Source: a virus
IMG/VR virus record: IMGVR_UViG_3300007511_001396
Coordinates: 1-64,000 of that record
Reading direction: 5' to 3' (one strand)
Length of the DNA: 64,000 nt
Notes under the pieces: generated by a model
What the model was told of the DNA's origin: nothing
What the model saw: the letters and a program-made list of their open reading frames with translations, nothing else
Databases searched by the model: none
In this document: in pieces, positions 8,490 through 17,235 of the stretch
How the letters are laid out: every line of letters begins with the position of its first letter
How positions within the stretch are numbered: the stretch's first letter is position 1
Translations under genes and position numbers: made by a program

Positions 8490-9245
8490 ATGAACAGAGT
8501 AACGCTTATAATTTTTGCCATCGCTTGGGCGGCGGCCTTATCTTTCGGGTTGGCAACCGCAGCCGCCGCAGCAGAGCCTATCACAAGTAGTGGCTCTGAG
8601 AGCGTCTCAGCTTCTATGTCCCTGGTTGAAAAAAGAGTAAGGGAGGCTGCAGTGCAAATAGTTTTTGCGACAGGTGGACACGGCTCTGGCTCGCTTATAA
8701 AATATAAAGATTTACATCTTGTGATTACTGCCCAGCACGTTGCAGACGGGAGTTTGGGGAAAGTTTATCATGTTCAAAAGAGAGACGAGATAAAGAGAGG
8801 TGTTTTAGTTTATTCAGATGAGGCTCACGACATTGCAATTTTATTAATAACTCCGTCTAATCGTTTTGTGGGCATTAAACCTATCAAATACAACCCTCTA
8901 AAGGATATTGCTGAGGTGGGTACCAAAATTATTTATTCTGGCTATCCTTCGCACCACAGCACTCTTTCATTTAGAGGAGAGATTGTCGGGAATGAAGTTG
9001 TTAACGGCGCAGGAACAATGTTAATGATAGACGTGTTTGGCTGGTTTGGGTCATCTGGTTCTGTTGTGTACAATACAGATGGACAAATCGTTGGAATATT
9101 GTGGGGAGTAGATGTTGAAAGGCGACGAAATAATCAAGTGAACGAAAATATGGTCTGGGTTTCGCCTATACAAAATCTAGACATTGATTTAGCTATTAAA
9201 GCTTTGTGCAATGGACTAAATAAACCACCAAAAGCTTGTAGATGA
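8490..9245 (+). CDS. Secreted trypsin-like serine protease
   Basis: Signal peptide; TAQH, DIA, GSSG catalytic triad motifs. Confidence 0.85.
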   Translation: MNRVTLIIFAIAWAAALSFGLATAAAAAEPITSSGSESVSASMSLVEKRVREAAVQIVFATGGHGSGSLIKYKDLHLVITAQHVADGSLGKVYHVQKRDEIKRGVLVYSDEAHDIAILLITPSNRFVGIKPIKYNPLKDIAEVGTKIIYSGYPSHHSTLSFRGEIVGNEVVNGAGTMLMIDVFGWFGSSGSVVYNTDGQIVGILWGVDVERRRNNQVNENMVWVSPIQNLDIDLAIKALCNGLNKPPKACR

Positions 9246-9703
9246 TAAATATTAAATGGAAGAAACTCGTCGATAACGAGAAACTAAATACAGTGGCGTC
9301 TGTTATTTGCTCCGATGAAGATAAGATATTAGTTTTATTGAGATCAGAAACTGATAGCTTTGCACCATTACATTGGGATTTACCAGGTGGCCATGTAGAT
9401 GATTCAGATGCATCGATAGAGGCCGGGGCAATTAGAGAATTGGCCGAGGAGGCTGGATTAATAGCCAATTTAGATGATTTAAGATATGTAACCAAGAAGA
9501 GATTTAATAACACAAATAAATATTTCTTTATAATATCTGAATGGGATGGTGCTGTCAGGCTAATAAAAAATCCAAAAACTGGTATCCTTGAACACATTGA
9601 ATATAAATGGCTCACAATTAGTGAAATAAAAGAACTAGAAAAATCAATTATTCCCGCCTATTTATTGAAAAAAGGATTGGAGTTCTTAGATGACAAATTT
9701 TAA
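9242..9703 (+). CDS. Nudix hydrolase
   Basis: Nudix box GGHVDDSDASIEAGAIRELAEEAGL. Confidence 0.9.
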   Translation: MINIKWKKLVDNEKLNTVASVICSDEDKILVLLRSETDSFAPLHWDLPGGHVDDSDASIEAGAIRELAEEAGLIANLDDLRYVTKKRFNNTNKYFFIISEWDGAVRLIKNPKTGILEHIEYKWLTISEIKELEKSIIPAYLLKKGLEFLDDKF

Positions 9704-12401
9704 TAATGTTTGGAAAACTTTTTTAAACGAGAGTGGGTTCCAAAACGGACAATCTATTCAAGAAATCACAGACGACGAAGTAGAGCACATCCGCCCGATT
9801 CTTGACAGAATGGAAGAAGATCCAGACGCTCTCGCTTTTGGGGAATTATTCGATGGCAAAAACCGCCTCGTAATCGACTTTCCAACAACAGACGACACAT
9901 CAGAGATCGGTCGATTTATTGATATGATTGAAAACCAGCACGGCCTAACAGTCGACTACGCCAAGGGAATGGTTTCAGCAGAAAGAAAATTCAAGGCCGC
10001 CGCCCCAGACATTACTGGTGTGTCATATGCTTTAGGTGGAAAAGAGGTGACTAAAAAGTTCCAAATGAAGATTGGTAAGTATTTTGCCAAACTTGAAGAG
10101 CTTTTTTCGCGTTGGGCAGATATAATGCGAGAGGCGGACAAAACTTTGCAAAAGTCAAGTGGCCCAACTGCTCGACCCAAACTGGCTAGAATCTGGATTG
10201 GGCGCGGGGATTTCCCAAAAGCTTTCACTCCCGAAACTCTAAAAAATTATTTTAACACCGTAAACCAACTTGCGCTTTATACAAACATAAATCCCAGTGT
10301 TGTTGGCCATTGGAATCGTGCGGAGAAGTTTTTAGCCCCCACCGCTCGACGGAAATATGTCGCCGACGCTGAAGAACGGCGGCAAACCCAAGATGAAGAG
10401 GACAAGAGGAGGGGAAAAGAGCCTCGGAAGCGCAAACCTGTTGTTGCTCCAAGAACAGTGTTTGGTGTCTGGGCAGAATTCTGGGTTCAGAACGCTGATT
10501 ACATCAAGAAGAACATCGACGACATTAAGAGCGGCAACAAATACTCCATGGTCATCACTCGCCACCCCATCGATGTTCTCCGTATGGCTGACTTCGACCC
10601 TTTTGAATCTTGTCACTCGCCGCCATCACGACAAAACACTGAAAGCTATTATAAATGTGCTGTTGCAGAGGCTCACGGCGAAGGCGCCGTTGCTTATGTT
10701 GTCGAGACTGCTGATCTTCTAGCCACAACCGACTCTGGTACAATAGAAGAGGCCGAGGGCAAAATACAAGAGGGAGAGTTGTTCGCAGACGAGGCCCGGT
10801 ACGGTGTTCACGGACATCATGAGGAATTAGAGCCCGTCTCTCGTTTAAGATTGAGGTTGGCGAATGCTGTGATGGGCGGTGGCGAAGTTTCTGACATCGC
10901 TGTTCCCGAAGCTCGTGTATACGGTGAACCAATTGCTGGCCTCCAAGCTCGCCTATTGAAGTGGGCTCAAGAAAAGCAAGCACACATAGTCGAAAAGCTT
11001 CCGAGAACAAAAGACGGTAAATATGATCTCGGGAAAATACATTTCCGAGGAGGCTCTTATAGCGACTCTGGCGGCGAAGGCGGTCTTGGAGTGCGCTTTC
11101 GCGAGTTGATAGGGGTAGATCGAACTGAAACTATCGGGAACGTAAACAAGGATAATACAACTGAAGAAGAACTCCCTAGTCACGTTGAAGGCCTTATTGG
11201 TCGGTGGACAGAGGAGTGCACGGAGATCGCTGACAAATGGAACGACATGATGAAATACATCGACATGGGTTTCGACGTCGAAGACGACGGCGCTGGCGGT
11301 GTGTATATCCAACCATCTGCTAAAATTAGTATACAGATACCAAGAACAGATTTCTCTCGCCTTCCAAACCACAGCGACGTTAATGATTTAGTTTCCGAAG
11401 CCGGTGAGTATTTTAGAGATGTTGGGTATGGCTATGTGGGAAGTATAACATACTCACATATGCCAAGGAATCACATGATCGTCGGCTGGAACATCGATCC
11501 AGAGGCAGTGCCGGGAATGCCACAGCAGGACATCTATTTCGACCCAGAGATACTCGATGACCTCGGCGCAGAATTAAACAAAATCGATGATTTGGAAAAT
11601 GATTATGAGTTGTTCAGTAAAAAAGTATTGCAGCTGTTTAAACGTGACGGATGGATGTCAGGTGGCACCTTCCAGAACTGGGCCCTCGAACTTTATGATG
11701 ACAACGACCTGTATTATGAGTGGTCTGCGACGATTGATGAGCCTGACGAGCATGACGAGTTCTATGAGATTGAACTAAAGACCACCGACACCATAATCAA
11801 TCTTGCTGACTTCGTTGATAAGGACAAATACACGGTTAAGTGGAAATCCGGCAACCCAACAATAGCTTCTATCAATAACTATCCTGTGGCCTATGTTTAT
11901 AGTACAGGTAGGGGTGAAGAAGTCGAGGTCTCTGAAGCTCAAGAAGGTTTAAACGGGTATTACGATACATTTGCGAAAGCTAAACAAAACATTGAGGCTA
12001 TACTTGGAGAAAACGACTACGCTTATGACAGGATTATAAGTATTCTCAACAGCAGAGATTTTAGCATCGCTCTCAAAAAAGCCATGGGTGAAGGGAACCT
12101 TACTGATGGAATGTGGATGCCGAACTGGAATGTTAGTGCTAAAATGGCAGGCTCCTACGGCGATGAGGGCGACGTTGAAATAGAGATCGCAATGGCATCC
12201 GACGCCGACGACCCTGACGCTGCTGTTGCCTCGATGAAATCTGTGGCAGAAGAGTGGGACGACAACGACGAACTCAATGCAATGATTGCGAAGGTTGCTA
12301 AAGTTGTGCTGACCAAGGAATTGCAAGAGTCGAGGGTCAAAGGCAGAGTGAATGAGAACAAGAAAATAGTAAATACTTGGAAGGAATTTTTAAAATCATG
12401 A
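9690..12401 (+). CDS. 903-aa hypothetical protein, putative internal virion protein
   Basis: WKTFLNE N-terminal and WKEFLKS C-terminal motifs; CTATTTA upstream; ITRHPIDVLRM...SCH core. Confidence 0.75.
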   Translation: MTNFNNVWKTFLNESGFQNGQSIQEITDDEVEHIRPILDRMEEDPDALAFGELFDGKNRLVIDFPTTDDTSEIGRFIDMIENQHGLTVDYAKGMVSAERKFKAAAPDITGVSYALGGKEVTKKFQMKIGKYFAKLEELFSRWADIMREADKTLQKSSGPTARPKLARIWIGRGDFPKAFTPETLKNYFNTVNQLALYTNINPSVVGHWNRAEKFLAPTARRKYVADAEERRQTQDEEDKRRGKEPRKRKPVVAPRTVFGVWAEFWVQNADYIKKNIDDIKSGNKYSMVITRHPIDVLRMADFDPFESCHSPPSRQNTESYYKCAVAEAHGEGAVAYVVETADLLATTDSGTIEEAEGKIQEGELFADEARYGVHGHHEELEPVSRLRLRLANAVMGGGEVSDIAVPEARVYGEPIAGLQARLLKWAQEKQAHIVEKLPRTKDGKYDLGKIHFRGGSYSDSGGEGGLGVRFRELIGVDRTETIGNVNKDNTTEEELPSHVEGLIGRWTEECTEIADKWNDMMKYIDMGFDVEDDGAGGVYIQPSAKISIQIPRTDFSRLPNHSDVNDLVSEAGEYFRDVGYGYVGSITYSHMPRNHMIVGWNIDPEAVPGMPQQDIYFDPEILDDLGAELNKIDDLENDYELFSKKVLQLFKRDGWMSGGTFQNWALELYDDNDLYYEWSATIDEPDEHDEFYEIELKTTDTIINLADFVDKDKYTVKWKSGNPTIASINNYPVAYVYSTGRGEEVEVSEAQEGLNGYYDTFAKAKQNIEAILGENDYAYDRIISILNSRDFSIALKKAMGEGNLTDGMWMPNWNVSAKMAGSYGDEGDVEIEIAMASDADDPDAAVASMKSVAEEWDDNDELNAMIAKVAKVVLTKELQESRVKGRVNENKKIVNTWKEFLKS

Positions 12402-13231
12402 AATTATTAATGGAAAGGTGGCAAAGGTTTGTCATAAATGAAAAAGCCTGGATGGGGAAAGCCTTCCAAACGTTTAAGCGAAGGGTTGCTAAAGGTGAGC
12501 ATCCCCTAGCAGCAGCAAGGCGCACTTTAATAGGTGGCATAGATGAGAAAACAGGACAAGAATTAGAAGGCTCTACAAGGGTCGTATTTCAAATACCAAA
12601 AAACACAGATATGGTTGTCAAAGTCATCGCCGTTGATCTTTTAAAAAGGACAGGACAAGAATGGCTGCCACCAGACGAACCAGATTATGATAGAGGGAAT
12701 TTTAACAGACACCAAAAGATAATGTCAAATAAAAATGAAGCGTCTGTCAAACTTCAGATGAAATACCAAGATATATTTCCGAAAATATGGGAAGCGGCTG
12801 AGGATTACTCCTGGATACTAGTTGAGCGAGTAGAATTATTTGCTACACACAAAGAGATGATGGAGTTTCTTGGACTAGGAGAATTTTCTTTGAGTCGTCA
12901 AGAGTGGTTAGTTATTATGGAGGAAGTATTCAAACAATTACAGGGGCGAAGTAGGGCTGCGATCAATGCCAGAAATGACGTTTCAGAGAATGCCGATTTG
13001 GATGCCACAGTGGCAGATAACGGAAGCGAGAGGGAAGCTTTTATCACCAGAGATGAGCAAATGAAAGTTGTTGAACAATTAATAAATAATCATCACTTAC
13101 GTAGCATTTTTACTATCTTGGCAAAGACAAAGTTTCAGCCTAGAGAGTTTAGATATCAAAATGTCGGATATTCTAAAATAACTAACAAACTTATTTTATT
13201 AGATACTGGTGTATGGGACGAGAAACTATAA
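12398..13231 (+). CDS. Protein kinase-like fold protein with MKLLMERWQRFVINE leader
   Basis: GSTRVVF, VVK, NKNE, FPKI...ILVERV, REFRYQNVG, LLDTG. Confidence 0.6.
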   Translation: MKLLMERWQRFVINEKAWMGKAFQTFKRRVAKGEHPLAAARRTLIGGIDEKTGQELEGSTRVVFQIPKNTDMVVKVIAVDLLKRTGQEWLPPDEPDYDRGNFNRHQKIMSNKNEASVKLQMKYQDIFPKIWEAAEDYSWILVERVELFATHKEMMEFLGLGEFSLSRQEWLVIMEEVFKQLQGRSRAAINARNDVSENADLDATVADNGSEREAFITRDEQMKVVEQLINNHHLRSIFTILAKTKFQPREFRYQNVGYSKITNKLILLDTGVWDEKL

Positions 13232-13603
13232 ATGAAAGCTATTGTTTTCAAAAACAGTAAAATACCACAGCTGTTAAGTATTGTTATACCTGTGGGGGCT
13301 ATTACTTTATTTCCTTTTATTTTTATTAGGGGTGATGGAGATGAGCGTGTGATAAATCATGAAAGCATTCATATCGCTCAATATGCTGAACTCTGGGTAA
13401 TTGGGTTTTTATTTTTATATGCTCTCGACTATTTGCGGGGCTACATAAAATACTGGCACATTCGTAGTGACATTTCACCAGCAGCACATAAATTTGCGGC
13501 TTATAAAAACATTCGTTTTGAACAAGAGGCATATTCTTATGAGTATGATATGAACTATTTAGAGAATAGGGTGCCATATGCTTGGCGAAAATATAAGATT
13601 TAA
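13232..13603 (+). CDS. Membrane-associated HExxH metallopeptidase-like protein
   Basis: INHESIHIAQ and FEQEAY motifs; hydrophobic segments. Confidence 0.7.
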   Translation: MKAIVFKNSKIPQLLSIVIPVGAITLFPFIFIRGDGDERVINHESIHIAQYAELWVIGFLFLYALDYLRGYIKYWHIRSDISPAAHKFAAYKNIRFEQEAYSYEYDMNYLENRVPYAWRKYKI

Positions 13604-13606
13604 ACA

Positions 13607-13978
13607 ATGAAATTAATTTTTGAAAATTGGCGAAAGTTTGTATCCGAGGAAGAGGACACACAGCCCTCCGAGTATATTGATTTTAAAAGAGGTGACTGCT
13701 CTCTCTTGGCTAATGTAGTGGCAGATATGTTAGAACTGCCGACTTACGGCATTTTTGATAAAGCAGGCAACATACAGCATGTTTTTGTCTATGATCCTGA
13801 TACCGATGAAGCTATAGATTGTCGCGGAAGAATGCCAGTTAGAGATATAACCCAAAACATTCGTGGAGACGATTTAACTTATAGAAAAATAACACAACAA
13901 GAAATTAAAGATACATTTGGCACATATAGTGATGAAGAATACGAATATGCTGAAGAAGAGGCACACTCAATCATATGA
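13607..13978 (+). CDS. Small papain/transglutaminase-like (Cys-His-Asp) protein with MKLIFENWRKFVSEE leader
   Basis: GDCSLLA...QHVFV...IDCRG. Confidence 0.55.
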   Translation: MKLIFENWRKFVSEEEDTQPSEYIDFKRGDCSLLANVVADMLELPTYGIFDKAGNIQHVFVYDPDTDEAIDCRGRMPVRDITQNIRGDDLTYRKITQQEIKDTFGTYSDEEYEYAEEEAHSII

Positions 13979-14658
13979 AACTCCTACTTGAACAATGGCG
14001 ACAGTTCGTTAATGAAGAATATGAGCCGATTACAACTCTGCGAGTTTTTGATTTTGACGAAACAATAGCTCACACTCGTTCCGTAACACGTGTTACAGCC
14101 CCAGATGGTTCAACATTTTCCTTATCTGATCAGAAAGAATTTGACAGCTTTATGTCTTCTATGGCCGAAAAAGAGGGCATTAAAACATTTGATCCAGTTA
14201 GTGAGTTGATAAAGCTAGGATATAAAATGGATTTTTCTGATTTTGGAATTGTCAAAGAACCAACAGAAATAACAATTGTTACGGATGTGTTACGCACCTT
14301 CCCAACTAACTCTAAAACATATGTTATGACAGCAAGACGAGGCAACTCAATTGGGCCAATATTAGACTATTTAGAAGATATTGGTATAGACTCGTCAAAA
14401 GTTAGACCTATTGCAACCCAAGGTCAGTCAAAGGGGGCAACAATAGCACAAATGATAAGTAATAAAATAATGTCTACAGGTAAATCTAATATTACGCGAG
14501 TAGAATATTATGAAGATTCAGATAAAAACATTCAAGATGTTTTAGATCATATTTGTCGAGGAAATATTGATGCCATAAAAACAAAAGATTTTGAACTAGT
14601 CATATATAAAGTTATTTCTAATGGCGATGGATACACTTTTGAAAAGATTGGTTGCTAA
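13975..14658 (+). CDS. HAD-superfamily phosphatase with MKLLLEQWRQFVNEE leader
   Basis: FDFDET motif I, MTAR motif II, K, YEDS motif IV. Confidence 0.8.
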   Translation: MKLLLEQWRQFVNEEYEPITTLRVFDFDETIAHTRSVTRVTAPDGSTFSLSDQKEFDSFMSSMAEKEGIKTFDPVSELIKLGYKMDFSDFGIVKEPTEITIVTDVLRTFPTNSKTYVMTARRGNSIGPILDYLEDIGIDSSKVRPIATQGQSKGATIAQMISNKIMSTGKSNITRVEYYEDSDKNIQDVLDHICRGNIDAIKTKDFELVIYKVISNGDGYTFEKIGC

Positions 14659-14691
14659 TTTAGAACTACTTACGAATACGGAGATATTCTT

Positions 14692-15012
14692 ATGCCTATA
14701 GAAAACGGATGGGACACTTATTCTAAATTAGTCCTACAGCAACTTGAGTCAATGTCAAAAGGGATTGATGCCTTAAGAGAAGAGTTACACGGAGTAAAGC
14801 AAGAACTAACTGAGCTAAAAGCCAGAGAGGACAGAATATATGACCTCAAAGAATGGAAAGAAAAGATTGATGAAGTAGTATCGCCAACGCAACTTGGAAA
14901 AATAGTACTCGATGTAGAATCATTAAAGATTTTTCAGACAAAGGCAGTGACAATATTTATGGTTGTGCAATTTGTGATGGCAATCGCAGTAGTATATTCT
15001 CATTATTTGTAA
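14692..15012 (+). CDS. Coiled-coil protein with C-terminal TM helix
   Basis: Heptad region then AVTIFMVVQFVMAIAVVY; GGAG RBS. Confidence 0.7.
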   Translation: MPIENGWDTYSKLVLQQLESMSKGIDALREELHGVKQELTELKAREDRIYDLKEWKEKIDEVVSPTQLGKIVLDVESLKIFQTKAVTIFMVVQFVMAIAVVYSHYL

Positions 15013-15094
15013 ATGTTCAATATTTTAGACAACTATTAAACAAATAAGGTATTTTTGGATTATCGCTTTAGGCCACTGGTGGTATAGTTACTTT

Positions 15095-15382
15095 ATGACG
15101 TGGGAATATGTAGACAAATCAGTTATTACAAGAATAGTGAATCAAATTGCTGGAAAGATTTCAGAAGAAGATAATCTTGTAGAGCCATATTTTATCCAAG
15201 GTAGCGGTAATATATGGTGTTATAAACCAAATAGCAAAAGTATGGTACGATTACCACGAGGCATTTATGGATTTATTATTAGCCTCAAAGAAGATAATTT
15301 GGGGCGTGTTTTGTTCTATTCAGAATATGGGGACATAGTGGTTATAGAAAAGGAAGAGCTCATAACAATAGGATTTAACTAA
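15095..15382 (+). CDS. Hypothetical protein
   Basis: 95-aa ORF coupled to the next ORF (TAATG). Confidence 0.6.
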   Translation: MTWEYVDKSVITRIVNQIAGKISEEDNLVEPYFIQGSGNIWCYKPNSKSMVRLPRGIYGFIISLKEDNLGRVLFYSEYGDIVVIEKEELITIGFN

Positions 15383-15525
15383 TGCTATTTTCATTTAATA
15401 ATTTTTGGCTCTTTGCTGTTACTTTATTCGGAACATGGGCATTTTATGGACTGTTCGGATTTGACTTCACAATTGTCACTGTGTTGGCCATAGGTTTGTT
15501 CTCAAGCTTTACAAATAATGTTTGA
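15382..15525 (+). CDS. 47-aa hydrophobic membrane peptide (not in ORF track)
   Basis: TAATG coupling; MLFSFNNFWLFAVTLFGTWAFYGLFGFDFTIVTVLAIGLFSSFTNNV*. Confidence 0.55.
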   Translation: MLFSFNNFWLFAVTLFGTWAFYGLFGFDFTIVTVLAIGLFSSFTNNV

Positions 15526-15570
15526 TAAAGATAAAGCTTCTATTTATATTTAACAGGAAGTTTAAATGAA

Positions 15571-15822
15571 ATGAAAGAGAAAGCCATTTTTGGAGAAACC
15601 GCTGGGGGCGAATTTCAAATAGGTGATTTAGTCGAATGGGTACGCTGGAATAAAGAAGAAAATGTCTTTGAGCCACAATACGGATTGATCACAGAAGTAA
15701 AAAACGAGATAAAGTCAAATAGATTAGTGTCAGTCTCTAGGGTTATTCCACTGAACGCTCCTTCTTCCGAAAAGGAGTTTTTTACATTAAGTTTACGACT
15801 TGTCTCAAAGGGTGGCTTATAA
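15571..15822 (+). CDS. Small SH3/KOW-like protein
   Basis: FQIGDLVEW...YGLITEV...LRLVS. Confidence 0.65.
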   Translation: MKEKAIFGETAGGEFQIGDLVEWVRWNKEENVFEPQYGLITEVKNEIKSNRLVSVSRVIPLNAPSSEKEFFTLSLRLVSKGGL

Positions 15823-15878
15823 AGGTCTGATTTATCTCTTACTTATAACTATTTATGGTATATTTGGGACATAAAAAG

Positions 15879-16736
15879 ATGATTAACACTATAGAACCTC
15901 TAATTCGACAGTTTATGCCTTTCGCTCAAGAGCAACTTGGGTTTGAAAGACCACCTAAACTGTTTTTGAGACAAGATTCAGATAACGCTGCTGATCCTCT
16001 CGGTAAAACAGCTTTTTATGATCCAAATAAGCGTAGCATAACATTGTTTATCACAGATAGACACCCTAAAGACGTTTTACGCTCTCTGTCACATGAGCTA
16101 GTACATCATATTCAGAATTGTCGAGGCGACTTTGACAACACTATGGAAATGGGCGAAGGATATGCCCAAAATGATGAACATCTTCGTGAAATGGAGAGAG
16201 AAGCCTACGAAAGAGGAAATTTATTGTTACGCGATTGGGAAGACGGTATTAAAAACACTACTTATAGTGAACATTTGCAAAAAGGAGGCAAAAATCATAT
16301 GTCAAATAAAAGTTGGAAAAACAGGGAACTGAATGGTCTCCTGATGGAACGTTTTGGGTTTAATTTTAAACCACTAGTAGAAGGTTGTGGTTGTGAGGTT
16401 AACGAAGAAGATGTCAACGAAGAAGAAGTTATTGAAGAAGAAGATGTCAACGAGTGTGGAGAAATGGCACCCGACGAAATAGTATCTCTTGATGCGGAAG
16501 AAAGTGAGCCTGTAGCTGTTGAAGAACTAGCTGCTGAATTGTTAATAATCGCTCAAAAGATTTCTGATTCGTTTGGCGAAGAATCTAGTGATGTTGTTGA
16601 CTTGGGGCAAGATAATGGTGTGGTTGAATCGACGAACAAGACAGTCGTTTCAGAGGCACATGTTAAACAAACAGTTAAGACTATTTTGGTAAATAATCTT
16701 ATCAAACATTTAAAAAAGGAAACTAAAAATGGGTAA
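15879..16736 (+). CDS. Zincin metallopeptidase domain plus acidic C-terminal region
   Basis: RSLSHELVHHIQ, EREAY; CTATTTA at 15849 favours start 15879. Confidence 0.75.
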   Translation: MINTIEPLIRQFMPFAQEQLGFERPPKLFLRQDSDNAADPLGKTAFYDPNKRSITLFITDRHPKDVLRSLSHELVHHIQNCRGDFDNTMEMGEGYAQNDEHLREMEREAYERGNLLLRDWEDGIKNTTYSEHLQKGGKNHMSNKSWKNRELNGLLMERFGFNFKPLVEGCGCEVNEEDVNEEEVIEEEDVNECGEMAPDEIVSLDAEESEPVAVEELAAELLIIAQKISDSFGEESSDVVDLGQDNGVVESTNKTVVSEAHVKQTVKTILVNNLIKHLKKETKNG

Positions 16737-16956
16737 AAAATGGAAAAGAATGTTGGTGCATCGCAGGGCAGCTGCCAACAGTGGAGTAATATCGGATACG
16801 CCAGCCGCAGAGGTGGTTGTGCCTGCTGAAAAAACGGAAACAGTGGTAGAAGCCGTTGAAGAAAAAGTTATTGAGGAAGCGTCTATAGAGGCTGTTAAAA
16901 AGCCATTGCCTACTTCTCGTAAAAAGAGAGCTAAAAAGACTAAAAAGTCTGATTAA
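16729..16956 (+). CDS. Small charged low-complexity protein
   Basis: AAGGA RBS; basic ends, acidic middle. Confidence 0.6.
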   Translation: MGKKWKRMLVHRRAAANSGVISDTPAAEVVVPAEKTETVVEAVEEKVIEEASIEAVKKPLPTSRKKRAKKTKKSD

Positions 16957-16971
16957 TAAAGGGAGCAAGAT

Positions 16972-17235
16972 ATGTCGATGAATATAGATTGGCAACAGTT
17001 TATTATAGGTGAGGGTGTAGAAGATAAAAACATTTTTACCTATTTGCAGGGTCTTCAAGAGATCCTTAATAACTTGCGCCCTAAAACAATGACTGAACAG
17101 CGGCGAGTTGCTTTGGCTAAACAACATCTACGGGAAATAAAAAGAGCATCTCGAAAGATGCTTAATGAGATGAATGTTTTACAAGAAAAGATCAACATTC
17201 TGGAAGAAAGTAGGACAGAGACTGTCAATGACTAA
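16972..17235 (+). CDS. Hypothetical helical protein (NIDWQQFIIGE leader-like)
   Basis: GGGAG RBS; W-x-x-F motif near N-terminus. Confidence 0.65.
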   Translation: MSMNIDWQQFIIGEGVEDKNIFTYLQGLQEILNNLRPKTMTEQRRVALAKQHLREIKRASRKMLNEMNVLQEKINILEESRTETVND

